From an uncultured bacterium (GTDB lineage: Bacteria > Zixibacteria > MSB-5A5 > CAIYYT01): 64,000 nt of DNA. The DNA is taken from positions 256,001-320,000 of the forward strand of contig CAVSCK010000005.1 in assembly GCA_963726455.1 (NCBI GenBank), in the 5' to 3' direction. The notes below the pieces were generated by a model that saw nothing but the letters and a program-made list of their open reading frames with translations, had not been told where the DNA came from and ran no database searches. Shown piece after piece: positions 36,053-47,788 of the stretch; positions within the stretch are counted from its first letter, which is position 1, and every line of letters begins with the position of its first letter. A program made the translations under genes and the position numbers.

Positions 36053-37938
36053 TCTTCCTGCAATTCTCCGGAATCACGAAGAATTACAACGACAGAGAAC
36101 TGCTACGTGGAATTGATCTGACCGTTGTGCGCGGTGAGCGTATCGGCCTGGTCGGTCCCAACGGAGCCGGCAAGACCACGCTACTCAAGATCGCGCTTGG
36201 ACAAGTCCTTCCCGACAACGGCAACGCGACACTGGCAAGCAAGATCAAGGTCGGGTATGTTTCTCAGGAAGACGAGATAACTTCCGACTATTCGCTGTTC
36301 TTGGCGATGCTCGAATCATACTCCGACATGCTCAAGATCAAAGCCGAACTCGAAGAACTGGAACTGGCGGTTGCCGGCGGTTCGGAGAGGACGCTGGAAC
36401 GGTACGGAGAGCTGCAGCACCGTTGGGAAATGATGGGCGGATACAATCTCGACACAGTCATCAAGAGCACCTTGATCGGTTTGGGATTCAGCGAGGACGA
36501 TTTCCATCGTTCGATCTCAAGTTTCTCCGGCGGCGAGCGGAATCGCGCGTCCATTGCCAAGGTTTTGTTGCAGCAACCCGATTTGCTACTGTTGGACGAG
36601 CCGACAAATCATCTGGATATCGAATCGACAATCTGGCTGGAAGACTACTTGCAGAAATTCGAGGGCTCGCTGATTGTCGTGTCGCACGATCGCGTGCTGC
36701 TCGATCATGTGGTGAACAAGATCGTGGAACTCGACCACGGCCTGCTGGAAACCTATCACGGAAATTTCAGCGCCTACTGCGAAGAGCGCAATGAACGCCG
36801 GCGGTTGCAACTGAAGCACTACTTACAGCAACAGGAAGAGATCGAGAGAATCCAGGATTTCATTCACCGCAATCTTGCCGGACAGAAGACAAAACAGGCA
36901 CAATCGAAGCGGCGCGCGCTGGGCAAACTGGCGCGATTGGAAGCGCCGACTTCAGAAACTAAACGCGCATCTTTGAATTTACAGGTATCGCGGCGGGCAT
37001 ACCAGTCAGTCTTGAAGGTCGAGAATCTGGCATTCGGATTTGGCAACAACTTGCTTTTGCAGGACATCGAATTTGAAATCGAGCGCGGTGAAAAGATTGG
37101 ACTGATCGGCAGGAACGGCGCCGGTAAGTCGACTTTGGTCAAGCTGCTGGTCGGTCAACTGGAGCCATGGGACGGCAGCGTGGAAATCGGCGCCAATGTC
37201 GACTGTGAATTCGTGGATCAGGAACTTTCAATGCTACGCGCTAACGACACAGTACTGGACACAATTTGGGATTTGCAACCGCAGTGGGAGGCGTTCCAAT
37301 TGCGCAGCCATCTGGCGCGCTTTCTTTTCTTTGGAGAAGACGTCTTCAAACACGTACGCATGTTGTCGGGCGGTGAGAAGAAGAAGCTGGCACTCGCCCG
37401 GCTGTTGGCAACTCCGGCCAATTTCATCATCCTGGACGAACCTACCAACCACCTGGATATCGGTTCGCGCGAGGTGCTGGAGGAGGCGTTGCGCGAATAT
37501 GAAGGAACAGTGTTATTCATCAGCCACGACCGCTTCCTGCTGGAGTCGGCGGCACAACGGATTCTCGCAATACGCGACGGCAAACTGTACGACTGGCGCG
37601 GCAAGTATTCGGAATTCGCGGAACAAAGCAAGACCATTCCGTTGAAGTCGGAGGGCAGCCACAAGGTACAGAAGCGTGAAGATCGTAAACAGGAACGTCG
37701 CCAGAAGAACATCGTCACAGCGCGCCGCAGACGTATCAAGGAATTGGAATTGGAAATCGCGACACTGGACCAGGAGATCGAGCAACTGCAATCGGAATTG
37801 CACGATGAACGATATGCCGCCGATTGGGAAAGACTCGCGGAGCTTGGCCGTGAACAAAACGCCAAACGATCGCTACTTGACGAACGCACTTCGGAGTATT
37901 ATCAACTGACCGAGGAAGATGAAACTGCTGATAGTTAA
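36049..37938 (+). CDS. ABC-F family ATP-binding protein
   Basis: Two Walker A motifs (GPNGAGKT, GRNGAGKS), FSGGE/LSGGE, two DEPTNHLD, no TM, C-terminal coiled coil. Confidence 0.93.
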   Translation: MIFLQFSGITKNYNDRELLRGIDLTVVRGERIGLVGPNGAGKTTLLKIALGQVLPDNGNATLASKIKVGYVSQEDEITSDYSLFLAMLESYSDMLKIKAELEELELAVAGGSERTLERYGELQHRWEMMGGYNLDTVIKSTLIGLGFSEDDFHRSISSFSGGERNRASIAKVLLQQPDLLLLDEPTNHLDIESTIWLEDYLQKFEGSLIVVSHDRVLLDHVVNKIVELDHGLLETYHGNFSAYCEERNERRRLQLKHYLQQQEEIERIQDFIHRNLAGQKTKQAQSKRRALGKLARLEAPTSETKRASLNLQVSRRAYQSVLKVENLAFGFGNNLLLQDIEFEIERGEKIGLIGRNGAGKSTLVKLLVGQLEPWDGSVEIGANVDCEFVDQELSMLRANDTVLDTIWDLQPQWEAFQLRSHLARFLFFGEDVFKHVRMLSGGEKKKLALARLLATPANFIILDEPTNHLDIGSREVLEEALREYEGTVLFISHDRFLLESAAQRILAIRDGKLYDWRGKYSEFAEQSKTIPLKSEGSHKVQKREDRKQERRQKNIVTARRRRIKELELEIATLDQEIEQLQSELHDERYAADWERLAELGREQNAKRSLLDERTSEYYQLTEEDETADS

Positions 37939-38506
37939 CGGCTCGCCGCGCCTCGGAAGTTCGACCGAAATTCTGGCGGCATCCTTTGCGGCGGGATTCT
38001 TGTCGGTTCATGCCGACGCCGAGGTCGTGAATGTGCGATTGAACGACCTGGATATTATTCCCTGCCAGGCCTGCGGAATTGATCCGACGCCGTTGCCGTG
38101 CATATATAAGGACGATCTCTATCCGATTTTGGAACATCTGCTGAACGCAGATATGTTGCTGGTCGCCACGCCGGTCTATTTCGACACGGTCAGCGCGCAG
38201 ACCAAGCTGTTTATCGATCGCACCAATTGCTTCCGGCCGCCGCGGTTTCGCAACCACCGCGTTGAGTTTGACGACCATGGTCTTCTTCATTCGAAGGGCG
38301 CGTATATTCTGGTCGGCGGCGCCAGAGAGAAGTTTGATGCGGCTGAACGCGTTATCGGTGGGTTCTTTATCTGGGCTGGAATCGAAAAGCTGGGCAAAGT
38401 AGTATATGCGCACGATGATTGGCCGGTTGGCGGCGCCGAACGCAATCCGGAAATCCGCAGTCGCTGTTTTGAACTGGGAACGACTGCAGGAAACGCACTG
38501 TTATAA
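37919..38506 (+). CDS. Flavodoxin family / iron-sulfur flavoprotein-like protein
   Basis: GSPR, PCQAC...C.YKDD and TPVYF...KLFIDR motifs. Confidence 0.85.
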   Translation: MKLLIVNGSPRLGSSTEILAASFAAGFLSVHADAEVVNVRLNDLDIIPCQACGIDPTPLPCIYKDDLYPILEHLLNADMLLVATPVYFDTVSAQTKLFIDRTNCFRPPRFRNHRVEFDDHGLLHSKGAYILVGGAREKFDAAERVIGGFFIWAGIEKLGKVVYAHDDWPVGGAERNPEIRSRCFELGTTAGNALL

Positions 38507-38671
38507 TCTACAGCAGGTATTCACCTCGATAGTTACTGAGGTGTGAAAATGTTTTCGTCCGTTAATTGTGGGGCAAAACGGAGAGCCAAAAAACGTGTTT
38601 CCGCTTGCGCAAAGCAGAATTATTATACGTAATTATTCGGAATTTCTGTGCGTCGAGAAAGGTAGGAACAC

Positions 38672-40966
38672 TTGGATATCAAGGAAATATTAAGACAAGT
38701 TGAGACTTACGAAGAGGCCGGCGCCTATGTCACGGACCGCGACAAGCCGCTGAGCGAATACGCGGAACTGAGTGCCGGCGAGTTGGAACATATTTTCGAT
38801 ATTATGGTGAAGTCGCGGCGAATCCTGATCGAGGAAAAGTTGCTGACCCGCCGCGGCGAAAGTTACTTCTTCATCGGCTCATCCGGCAAGGAACTGATCG
38901 ACGCCTGCACCGGACACTTCCTGCGCATTACCGACCCGTTCTTCGGTTATTATCGCAACAAGACTCTCGACATATTCCGGGGAATTGACATCCGGCAGAA
39001 GATGCTCGAATGCATAGGTGATCCGCGGTCGTCGTCTACCGGCGGAATGTTGCAGCATGCGCATTCGGCGCATCCCAAGGAAAGCATTATGCCGCAATCG
39101 TCCCCTACCGGCGCACATGCACTGGAGGCGGCCGGAACCGGCGCCGCCATCGGAAATCCATCGCCGATATCGCAGCAGTCGCGGTATCCCGGCGGACGTT
39201 GGCCGAGCGATTCAGTAGTGTACTGCGGTATCGGCGAGGGCTCGACATCGGAGTCCGAATTCGCGCGTGCCGTTTTCTATTCGGTTTTCTATAAGGCCAG
39301 GAATATTTTCGCGATTTACAATTGCGGGTGGGCGATTTCGGTTTCGGTGGAGGAGCAATTCCCCGACGGCGACCCGACTTCACCGTTCGAAGGGTACCAG
39401 CGATTCGGGCTGAAAATTGACCATTTCGATGGAACGGACATCAAGGAAGTCCTTCGACATGTTCGCGACAATGTCGAATACTGCCGCAGCGGCAAAGGGC
39501 CGGTGCTGGAAAACGTCAGAGTCGTGCGCGAGGAAAGCCATTCCGGATCAGATGACCAGTCGTTCTATATGGCGTTGTCGGACCAGAAATGGCACTACAC
39601 CAATGATCCCATTCTGAAAAGCGCCAAGACGCTTATCCATGACGGCATTCTGACTGCGGAACGCGTGAAAGAAATGTACGAAAAGTACGATGAAGAGGTG
39701 TCGCGGATTTCGGCAGAAGTGGTTGCGGATCGGCGGCTCAAGACGCGCGATTATATCAAGAGTCTGGTGGTCGGTTATGATTTCGACAAGGCGAAGCGGC
39801 GTTGGAATCAGATCGTGACTTCGTATAAGGGTGATCGCAAGGAAGACTACCAGAAATACCACGAACAGGGTGCGCGTACTTCGGCGGAGCTGCCGGAGAA
39901 TATGGGCGGCATGACGTTACGTCGCGCGATGAATTATGCGCTTTTCGACCTGTTCCTGCTCACTCCCGACGCGATCTTGTTCGGGGAGGACGTTGCCGAT
40001 TTCTCCGGCAAGATGAAATTCAACACCGAAGAACAGAAGACACTTAAGGGCAAGGGCGGCGTCTTTCTGGTAAGTCAGGGCTTGCAGCGCGCGTTCGGTA
40101 TCGGTCGCGTGTTCAACACGCCATTGGATGAGGCAGGTATTCTCTCACTGGGAATGGGACACGCTTATCAAGGACGAATTGCCCTGCCGGAAATTCAGTT
40201 TCTCGACTATATCTCGCCGGCCTACCAGCAACTCAAGGACCGCATTGCTACCTTGCATCAGCGCTCCAAGGGTCAGGAACTGGCCAATGTAGTAATTCGC
40301 GTGTCGTACGGTGGATATAAACAAGGCGCCGGCTCGTTCTGGCATTCGGAAGCGAATCTCGGAACGTTCCTGAATATCCCGGGATTGCATATTGTCATAC
40401 CCTCGAACGCGGAAGATGCTGTCGGCCTGTTCCGGACGGCGGTCGCCTGTAACGACCCCGTGCTCTTCTGCGAAGCTGTTGCGTTGTACAATCGCCGCGA
40501 ATGGGACGGCGTCAATATCGAACGTCCATACCCACCGCTCGATTTTATGATCCCCTTCGGTCAGGCCAAAGTGTATGACGAGCAGAACCATGACCTGGCG
40601 ATAGTTTCGTACGGCATCACGTTGCCGATGTGCCGTCGCGCGTCGCAGTTATTGGCCGAGAAGGGCATCAATGCCCGGGTCATTGATCTGCGCACTCTTA
40701 GGCCGCTCGATGAAGACGCAATTCGCAAAGCTGCCACCGAGTGTGCGCGCGTGCTGATCGTGTCGGAAGATAGATTCCCCGGAGGCGTTGGGCCGACAAT
40801 CGCTTCGGTCATTACTTCGTCGGACGCTTTCGGATACCTTGATGCTCCGATCGGAATGGTCACGGCTCTTGACGCCCGTGTTGCCTACGGTCCCGACGGT
40901 GATCGCGCCTGCATCCCGCAGATCGAGCAAATTATATCGGAGGCTGAAAAGGTGATGGCATATTGA
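38672..40966 (+). CDS. Fused 2-oxoacid dehydrogenase E1 alpha+beta (branched-chain-like)
   Basis: GEGSTSE...N ThDP motif, HSGSDD, GEDVA, FNTPLDE, EIQFLDY, HSE and IDLRTLRPLD. Confidence 0.9.
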   Translation: MDIKEILRQVETYEEAGAYVTDRDKPLSEYAELSAGELEHIFDIMVKSRRILIEEKLLTRRGESYFFIGSSGKELIDACTGHFLRITDPFFGYYRNKTLDIFRGIDIRQKMLECIGDPRSSSTGGMLQHAHSAHPKESIMPQSSPTGAHALEAAGTGAAIGNPSPISQQSRYPGGRWPSDSVVYCGIGEGSTSESEFARAVFYSVFYKARNIFAIYNCGWAISVSVEEQFPDGDPTSPFEGYQRFGLKIDHFDGTDIKEVLRHVRDNVEYCRSGKGPVLENVRVVREESHSGSDDQSFYMALSDQKWHYTNDPILKSAKTLIHDGILTAERVKEMYEKYDEEVSRISAEVVADRRLKTRDYIKSLVVGYDFDKAKRRWNQIVTSYKGDRKEDYQKYHEQGARTSAELPENMGGMTLRRAMNYALFDLFLLTPDAILFGEDVADFSGKMKFNTEEQKTLKGKGGVFLVSQGLQRAFGIGRVFNTPLDEAGILSLGMGHAYQGRIALPEIQFLDYISPAYQQLKDRIATLHQRSKGQELANVVIRVSYGGYKQGAGSFWHSEANLGTFLNIPGLHIVIPSNAEDAVGLFRTAVACNDPVLFCEAVALYNRREWDGVNIERPYPPLDFMIPFGQAKVYDEQNHDLAIVSYGITLPMCRRASQLLAEKGINARVIDLRTLRPLDEDAIRKAATECARVLIVSEDRFPGGVGPTIASVITSSDAFGYLDAPIGMVTALDARVAYGPDGDRACIPQIEQIISEAEKVMAY

Positions 40967-41096
40967 TCCGTCGCGAACGAAATTTGAGAATTATGCGGAT
41001 GTGAGCCGGGCGAGAACGGTCCGGGATATTTATCCACTATGCAGAAGGGCGCGTGTTACGCGCCCTTCTAGTTTTGCATCGGTCAAATATCCTGGT

Positions 41097-42497
41097 CTAG
41101 AATCCGAGGAACAGAATGTCCGTTTCGATATAGGACTTGTTCTCGAACAGAATCGCTGAGCCGAGCGACTTCGAGGTATATAGCCGGATGTCCGGCATCC
41201 GCACGGTCCACCAGAGATTGCGGTAGAATCGAGTCGTGCCGCCGACGCGTGCTTTGAGATACATCGACCGGTTGTCCAGCAGCGTCTTGTCGGTACCGTT
41301 GGAAAATGTGCGCGCTTCAAAACCTATCATGGCGTTAAAGATGCGCGTCAATTTACTACTCAATTCGACGTTGAACGCCGTCGACGATATGTTCTTCAGA
41401 TTCACGAGTGACAATTGCACCGGCACGAAATCGGTCTCGGTCTTGCTCAGGGAATTGGGATATTGGCCGGTCTCTAAACAACCATATAAAGCTGTATTGG
41501 CGCCGAGGACTTTGGTGCCGTCGACATAGAATTTCCACTTCGGCACCAGACTTTCGAAACTCTGCGCGCGATAAGACGGGAGATAGATACTGGGATAATT
41601 GTACTGGCTGGCCCCGCTGTATTGATAGTCAAACAGGTTGAAATACAATGCGCCGCCGCCGCGAACATAACTTCCGGATGCAAAGGTCTTCTTTACCGAG
41701 ATTTTCGGCGCGCCGCTGTAAATGTATTCCTTCACCGTCGCCGTATCCTTGAAGTTCTGTGGAAGTCCGTCAGGTCCAAATGGCGGCTCAGGAGCATCGA
41801 ATTTCTCATACATGCGAGTGAAGACTCCTCCAACCACCACATCGATGTTGTTCTTGGTGCGGTACAGAAGATCGACTTCTCCCTGAATGTTTTCACCGTC
41901 ACCCGAAGGCAGAGTTAACTGCGAATCGGCCTGGGACGCATACGCAGGCTGCAATGCAAAAATGTAAGACGCCGGATAATTGCTGATGGAGCCCGAGACA
42001 CCCAGGGTCACATTTTCCTTCGGCTTCCAGGCAAATGCCGTCTTAAAGTTCAGGCGCGACGGCACCGACTGCAGGAACGGCTCACGGTCCCTGGCGTTTC
42101 GATCACGGCCGTAGTCCACCCAAAGTGAGCCGAAAGTCGTCTTGCCGAAGTTTGAGTAGATGCTGAGGCGAAAGTCAGTGTTCTTGTAGTCGATTCCCCG
42201 ATAGAATGAATACCCGTAGCGAGTAGCAGCAGCGCCGTTCAATTGATTGAGCGAATTGACGTTCTTGCCATATCCGAATGCAACCGAGACATACATTTTG
42301 TCGAGATCGCCGAGATATGCCGGGCTGCGATAATTAATCTCGAACGGCCAGGAATTTGCCATCCACATCACCGAAGGGACGGTAGACAGATTAATGTCCG
42401 GCCAGGGACGAGACCGCCGCCGACTTTGCGCTGACGCCGTCACTGCCGAAATCAGAAATATGCAAAGGAGGAAGAGAAACTTTAGCCGAGTTTTCAT
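41097..42497 (-). CDS. Outer-membrane beta-barrel protein
   Basis: Signal peptide (ASA), aromatic amphipathic strands, C-terminal Phe; AAGGA RBS. Confidence 0.65.
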   Translation of the reverse strand: MKTRLKFLFLLCIFLISAVTASAQSRRRSRPWPDINLSTVPSVMWMANSWPFEINYRSPAYLGDLDKMYVSVAFGYGKNVNSLNQLNGAAATRYGYSFYRGIDYKNTDFRLSIYSNFGKTTFGSLWVDYGRDRNARDREPFLQSVPSRLNFKTAFAWKPKENVTLGVSGSISNYPASYIFALQPAYASQADSQLTLPSGDGENIQGEVDLLYRTKNNIDVVVGGVFTRMYEKFDAPEPPFGPDGLPQNFKDTATVKEYIYSGAPKISVKKTFASGSYVRGGGALYFNLFDYQYSGASQYNYPSIYLPSYRAQSFESLVPKWKFYVDGTKVLGANTALYGCLETGQYPNSLSKTETDFVPVQLSLVNLKNISSTAFNVELSSKLTRIFNAMIGFEARTFSNGTDKTLLDNRSMYLKARVGGTTRFYRNLWWTVRMPDIRLYTSKSLGSAILFENKSYIETDILFLGF

Positions 42498-42634
42498 ATC
42501 GAATCCTTTATTAGTCTTGTAGCGCTGTATCTCCCGCGCACTGTCCAAATATTCCGGTCACGATAGGATCCCAACAATCGCCGGCGCAAAGGAAGGTATC
42601 CCACTCCCAATGGCATTTCCACAAACCACACCGG

Positions 42635-43600
42635 CTATTTGTTAAGACGAATAAGCTCCAATACTTGTCTAAAATCTTCCGGTAAGTCGACGAAAAATTC
42701 TGCCGTTTGACCGGTCGTCGGATGGACAAACTCCAGCCGCGCGGCATGAAGCAGTTGGCGCGACGTCTTTGCCAGCAGCAGACGCGCCTCTGGCCTGTAC
42801 CGCGCCTCAATGCCGGTGAGCCGTATTTCCCGGCCACCGTACTCCGGATCGCCAAATACCGGATGACCGGCCTCTTTCAAGTGCGTCCTGATCTGGTGCG
42901 TTCGGCCGGTCATTAACCTGACCCGAATATAGCTCAACCAGCCCCAGCTTTCAATGGTCTCGTACAGGGTGATTGCCTCCCTCGGTTTGAGACTCCCTGA
43001 GGTCATTATCCGGCGGTCTGCACTCGAACGGCCGATCGGCACGGATATGGTGCCCTCGGGCGGGCGCAGCTTCCCCCAAACCAGAGCCAAATACTCGCGT
43101 TTCAGCGTCCGCGACTGAAGCTGCCGACTCAGTTTCGTATGGGCCTGGTCATTCTTGGCTACGACCAGCAGTCCGCTGGTGTTCTTGTCCAGCCGGTGAA
43201 TTAAGCCGGGATATCCTTTGGCGTAACCTGAAGCAAGCCGCGTGAAATGGTGCAGCAGCGCGTTGGCCAGTGTCCCGCTCATGTTTCTGGGCGCCGGATG
43301 CGTGACCATGCCTGCGGCTTTGTTGATGACTGCCAGATCGTCATCTTCGTAGATGATATCAATCGGTAAGTCTTCGGCCGAGAAAGTGACCGTCCGCTCC
43401 TCCGGTTGGTCGATTACGATTTCTTCCCCTTCTGCAACAATGTGTGAGGGCCGGACCTTCGTCTCGCCGATGGTCACCCTGCCCTCGCCAATTAGGCGCT
43501 TGATCTGGCTGCGCGACAGGCCTATCGCCGCCTGCGCCAAATAGGCGTCGACGCGAATGGCCTCGGCCGCCGGGTCAACTAATACGCGAAGAATCGGCAT
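42635..43600 (-). CDS. rluD: RluA-family pseudouridine synthase with S4 domain
   Basis: NKAAGMVTHP, HRLDKNTSG, TGRTHQIR and GDPEY motifs. Confidence 0.93.
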   Translation of the reverse strand: MPILRVLVDPAAEAIRVDAYLAQAAIGLSRSQIKRLIGEGRVTIGETKVRPSHIVAEGEEIVIDQPEERTVTFSAEDLPIDIIYEDDDLAVINKAAGMVTHPAPRNMSGTLANALLHHFTRLASGYAKGYPGLIHRLDKNTSGLLVVAKNDQAHTKLSRQLQSRTLKREYLALVWGKLRPPEGTISVPIGRSSADRRIMTSGSLKPREAITLYETIESWGWLSYIRVRLMTGRTHQIRTHLKEAGHPVFGDPEYGGREIRLTGIEARYRPEARLLLAKTSRQLLHAARLEFVHPTTGQTAEFFVDLPEDFRQVLELIRLNK

Positions 43601-44156
43601 CGGTATGCCCTTTTTTGCCGAAGAGGAGCACGATAACTATCAGAGTCATTCCGACAGTAACTGCGGAGTCGGCGACATTAAACACCGGCCAGCGAGTCAT
43701 TTCGTAACCGGGAAATTTCCAGAACAGGAGATTGGTAGGTGGAATGTGAATATCGAAAAAATCCACGTCGACAAAGTCGACTACCGAGCCGAAGCGAAAC
43801 CTGTCAATCAGATTACCCAATGCACCACCAACTACCAGCGCCAGCGCAAAATCGAGTAGCTTGTTTCTGCCGGCCTCGCGAAAGAGAAAGGCAATAACGA
43901 ACACCATTACCGCCAGCGATGCGACAGTATAGAAGAGGGTTGAGCCGAGTTTGGTGGAAAACGCCCCGCCCTCGTTGAACACCAAAGTCCACTGCAGGAA
44001 ATCACCCCACACGACATGCTTATCGAACGGAGCGAGATGCGTTAAGGCAATCTGCTTGGTGATTTGATCGAGTGCGAAAATGCAGACGGAGATCAGCGAT
44101 AGTCTGAGGAGGTACTTATTCGCGGGCGACCATGAAAGTGAATCAGAGCATACCAT
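43575..44156 (-). CDS. lspA: Signal peptidase II
   Basis: DQITK, NEGGAFS, GALGNLIDR, VVDF and PVFNVAD motifs. Confidence 0.95.
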   Translation of the reverse strand: MVCSDSLSWSPANKYLLRLSLISVCIFALDQITKQIALTHLAPFDKHVVWGDFLQWTLVFNEGGAFSTKLGSTLFYTVASLAVMVFVIAFLFREAGRNKLLDFALALVVGGALGNLIDRFRFGSVVDFVDVDFFDIHIPPTNLLFWKFPGYEMTRWPVFNVADSAVTVGMTLIVIVLLFGKKGHTDADSSRIS

Positions 44157-44160
44157 GCGG

Positions 44161-44556
44161 CTACTTTTTGCGAACCGCTTTCGACTTTTCCAGCTCTTCG
44201 CGTTCCTTGCATTCAATGCAGTAGGAGGCGTGAGGAACCGCCATCAAACGTTGGGCGCTAATGTTTCGGCCACAGCTTACGCATTTGCCGTAAGTGTTCT
44301 CCTGAATTCGCCGCAATGCCTCATTGACGTGATAAAGCAGCCGCCCCGATTTGGAAGCCATCATGAAGGCCTTCTCGCGTTCCATAGCGTCGGTGCCCTG
44401 GTCGGCCATATGGAACGAGTAACTGGAGTGGTCGCCGGTAGCTTCCTTGGTGGTCGTATCCAGGTTCTGCTTCTTGATCATACCCATCTCTTTGACCAGT
44501 TCATCCCGCTTCTTGATCAGCAGCTTTTCGAATCGTTCCAGTTCGCGTTTTCGCAT
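44161..44556 (-). CDS. dksA: TraR/DksA C4 zinc-finger protein
   Basis: HMADQGTD and YGKCVSCG...RL...CIEC motifs. Confidence 0.88.
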   Translation of the reverse strand: MRKRELERFEKLLIKKRDELVKEMGMIKKQNLDTTTKEATGDHSSYSFHMADQGTDAMEREKAFMMASKSGRLLYHVNEALRRIQENTYGKCVSCGRNISAQRLMAVPHASYCIECKEREELEKSKAVRKK

Positions 44557-44637
44557 AATACCAGCTTCCCGAAGAGCGCCCCAACTCTTCTATAGCATGT
44601 TATTATAAGGCAACGAATGGCAGTTGAGCAAGCGAAA

Positions 44638-47600
44638 TTATCGTTTGATAGTCAGGGTCGCCGGCTCCCCGTTGACGTCCCATTCCCGGCGGAAACCGTC
44701 GGCAGAATCGGCGAAGTTTATCGATTTAGCCAGCGTTTCCTTCTTTATATAAGCCAGGTGTTTCTTCGCGGCCGCCGCCACGCGCGGCGTCGAGGCAATG
44801 CTGACATCAATTGTATCGGTAACCTGATAATCGGCGTCCTTACGCATATTCTGAATCTTGTTCACCAGTTCGCGCGCCAAACCTTCGTCACGCAAGTCGT
44901 CGGTGATCTCGGTGGTCAACGCCACGGTAAAACCACCATCGGCTGCTACGGCGAAGTTGTTCTTTCCGGTCAGCCGAACCTGTACTTCATCGCTCGTCAG
45001 ATGAAATACCCGGCCGTCGGCAGAGACCTTGAGTTCCTTGGTCGCCAACAGCGTCTTGATATCGTTCTCCGAGAGCGTCGCCAGTGCCGTCTTCAAGGCA
45101 TTGATCGCTGACCCGACTTTGGGGCCAAGTTCTTTGAAGTTCGGCATCACCGAATACTCAGCCACCTGCGTGGTGTCGGCTATGAAGGTGATCTCTTTGA
45201 CATTGATCTCCTCGGCGATCACCTGCAACAACGGCTCGACGTTGGCTTCGTCAATACCGGCCGGCAGCTTGACTTTCATCTCCTGCAGCGGCTGGCGCAC
45301 TTTGATCTGCACGGTGTTGCGCGCAGCACGACCCAGGGTCACGAGCTTTATCGCGGCATCCATTCGTTCTTCCAGTGCCCGATTGATGCGCGATTCATCG
45401 TAGGACGGAAACGCCTGATGATGCACTGAATCCTTGCCGCTAAGTTCGCGGAAGAGTTTCTCGCTCAGGAATGGAATTACCGGCGCCGAAACCAGCGCCA
45501 CCGTTTCCAAAGCGTTGTACAGTTCGAGATAAGCGCGGAACTTGTCCGGTGTGTCCCCTGATGCCCAATAGCGCCGACGACAGCGGCGGACGTACCAGTT
45601 GGAAAGCTCGTCAATGACAAACGAATCGAGTTGCCGGACGGCGCGCGTGATGTCGTAACGGTCGAACGCCCCGCCTACTTCTTTCGTCAGACTGGCGAGA
45701 CGCGACTCCAACCACAGATCAATCTCCTGCGGCGGCCCGGCAAGAGACGCCAGGAACTCGCGGGTGTCGCCGCCATAATCTTTGGCGGCGCGATCCTTGA
45801 TTTCATCAATATTGGCATAGATCGCGAAGAAGGCGTATGTGTTCTTGAAAGTATCGAGAAACTTGCGCTGCGTTTCGGCAATGCCTTCAACGTCAAAGCG
45901 GGTGGTCTGGTGCGGTTGATTGACCTCGAGCAGATACCAGCGCAAGGCATCGGCGCCGTACTTCCCCACGATTTCAAACGGATCAGCCGCGTTGCCGAGG
46001 TGCTTCGACATCTTCTTGCCCTTCTTGTCGAGAATGAAGCCGATCACGACGACGTTCTTGAATGCCGGTTTGTCGAACAGCAGGGTGCCGATGGCCAGGA
46101 GTGAATAGAACCAACCGCGCGTTTGATCGGTCGCTTCGCTGATGAAGTCGGCCGGGAAATTCGCCTCGAACATCTCCTTGTTCTCGAACGGATAATGGAA
46201 CTGCGCGTAGGGCATCGAGCCCGAGTCAAACCAGACATCGATGACTTCCGGCTCGCGCGTCATCCTGTCCGCCACAGGGACACTTGAGGTGGATTTCGTC
46301 GACATGCGGCTTGTGGAGATCGAGTTTCTCAGGGAAATCGACAGCGTATTTCTTTAGCGACTCAATGGAATCGACAGCGACGATCTTTTCGCACTTGTCG
46401 CAGATCCAGAGCGGCAGCGGCGTGCCCCAATAACGTTCGCGTGACAAAGCCCAATCGACGTTGTTCTCCAGCCATTCACCCATGCGGCCGGAGCCGATCT
46501 CGGGCGGTACCCAGTTGATTTCATTGTTACGTGCGAGCAGTCGGTCCTTGTTTTGGGAGGTCTTGATATACCAGGACTTGCGCGCATAATAGATCAACGG
46601 CGAATGGCAGCGCCAGCAAAACGGATAGGAATGCTCGTACAATTCCTTCTTGAACAGCACGCCCCGCTTGTCGAGTTCCTTGATGATGAGCGGGTCGGCG
46701 TCCTTGATGAACTTGCCGGCGTAGTCGGTTACTTCCGGCGGCAACGTTCCGTCCGGTTCGACCGCCTGCAGAACGGGCAGCCCGTATTTCAGACCAACGC
46801 TGTAGTCGTCCGCGCCAAACGCAGGCGCCATGTGCACAATTCCGGTGCCGTCTTCAAGCGTGACAAAATCGGCAATGGTGACGAACCAGATCTTGTCATA
46901 CTTGCCCTCGAAATACTTGAAGAACGGTTTGTATTTCTTGTATTCGAGAGTCGATCCCTTGAACCGCTCGAGCACTTCGTAATCGGGTCCGAGGACACGA
47001 TCTGCCAGCGCTTCGGCAAGGATCAACTTTTCCTCACCCCGTTTGACCTTGATATAATCAGCATTCGGAGCGACCGCCAACGCGACGTTGGAAATCAGCG
47101 TCCAGGGAGTCGTCGTCCAGACCAGGAACTTGGTGCCCGGTTCGTCCACCAGCTCCGCACGCACGAAGATTGACGGATCCTTTACATCTTCATAACCCTG
47201 CGCTACTTCGTGCGATGACAGGCCGGTGCCACAACGCGGGCAGTAGGGCAGAATCTTGTGCCCTTTATATAGCAGGCCACGATTGTAGAACTGCGCGAGA
47301 ATCCACCAGACGGTCTCGATGTAGTTGTTGTCGCAGGTGATGTATGGCTTGTCCAGATCGAGCCAATAGCCGATTCGGCGAGTGAGTTCATCCCACTCTT
47401 TCTTGTAGCGAAATACCGAGAGCCGGCATTTTTCGTTGAAAGCGGCGACGCCGTATTTCTCGATGTCACTCTTCGTCTTGAGGCCCAGCTCCTGTTCAAC
47501 TTCAATCTCCACGGGCAGACCATGCGTGTCCCAGCCGGCTTTGCGCTCGACCAGGAATCCGCGCATTTGTTTATAGCGGCAGACCATGTCCTTGATTGTG

Positions 47601-47788
47601 CGCGTAATGACGTGATGCACTCCCGGTTTGCCGTTGGCCGTCGGCGGTCCCTCATAGAAAGAGAATCGCGGAGAGTTGCGATGCAGGGCGAGGCCTTTGT
47701 GGAACGTTTCCGCCTCGTCCCAGTATTTGAGGACTTCTTCCTCCAGCTTGGGATATGAAAAATCAGATTTTAGCTCGTCGAACTTCAA
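44638..47788 (-). CDS. ileS: Isoleucine--tRNA ligase (IleS2-like), split by a +1 frameshift near 46265
   Basis: GPPTANG, GWDTHGLP, WTTTPWTL, SRERYWGTP, DVWFDSG, DQTRGWF and KMSK. Removing one base joins CPCGG to MTREPEV. Confidence 0.95.

Noticed and set aside
38541-38558. GTGTGAAAATGTTTTCGT as a Rex site upstream of E1
   Set aside because: Only one half-site matches.
44638-47788. Naturally split ileS or programmed frameshift
   Set aside because: A single-base deletion restores one ORF, and the same error type recurs four more times in the window.
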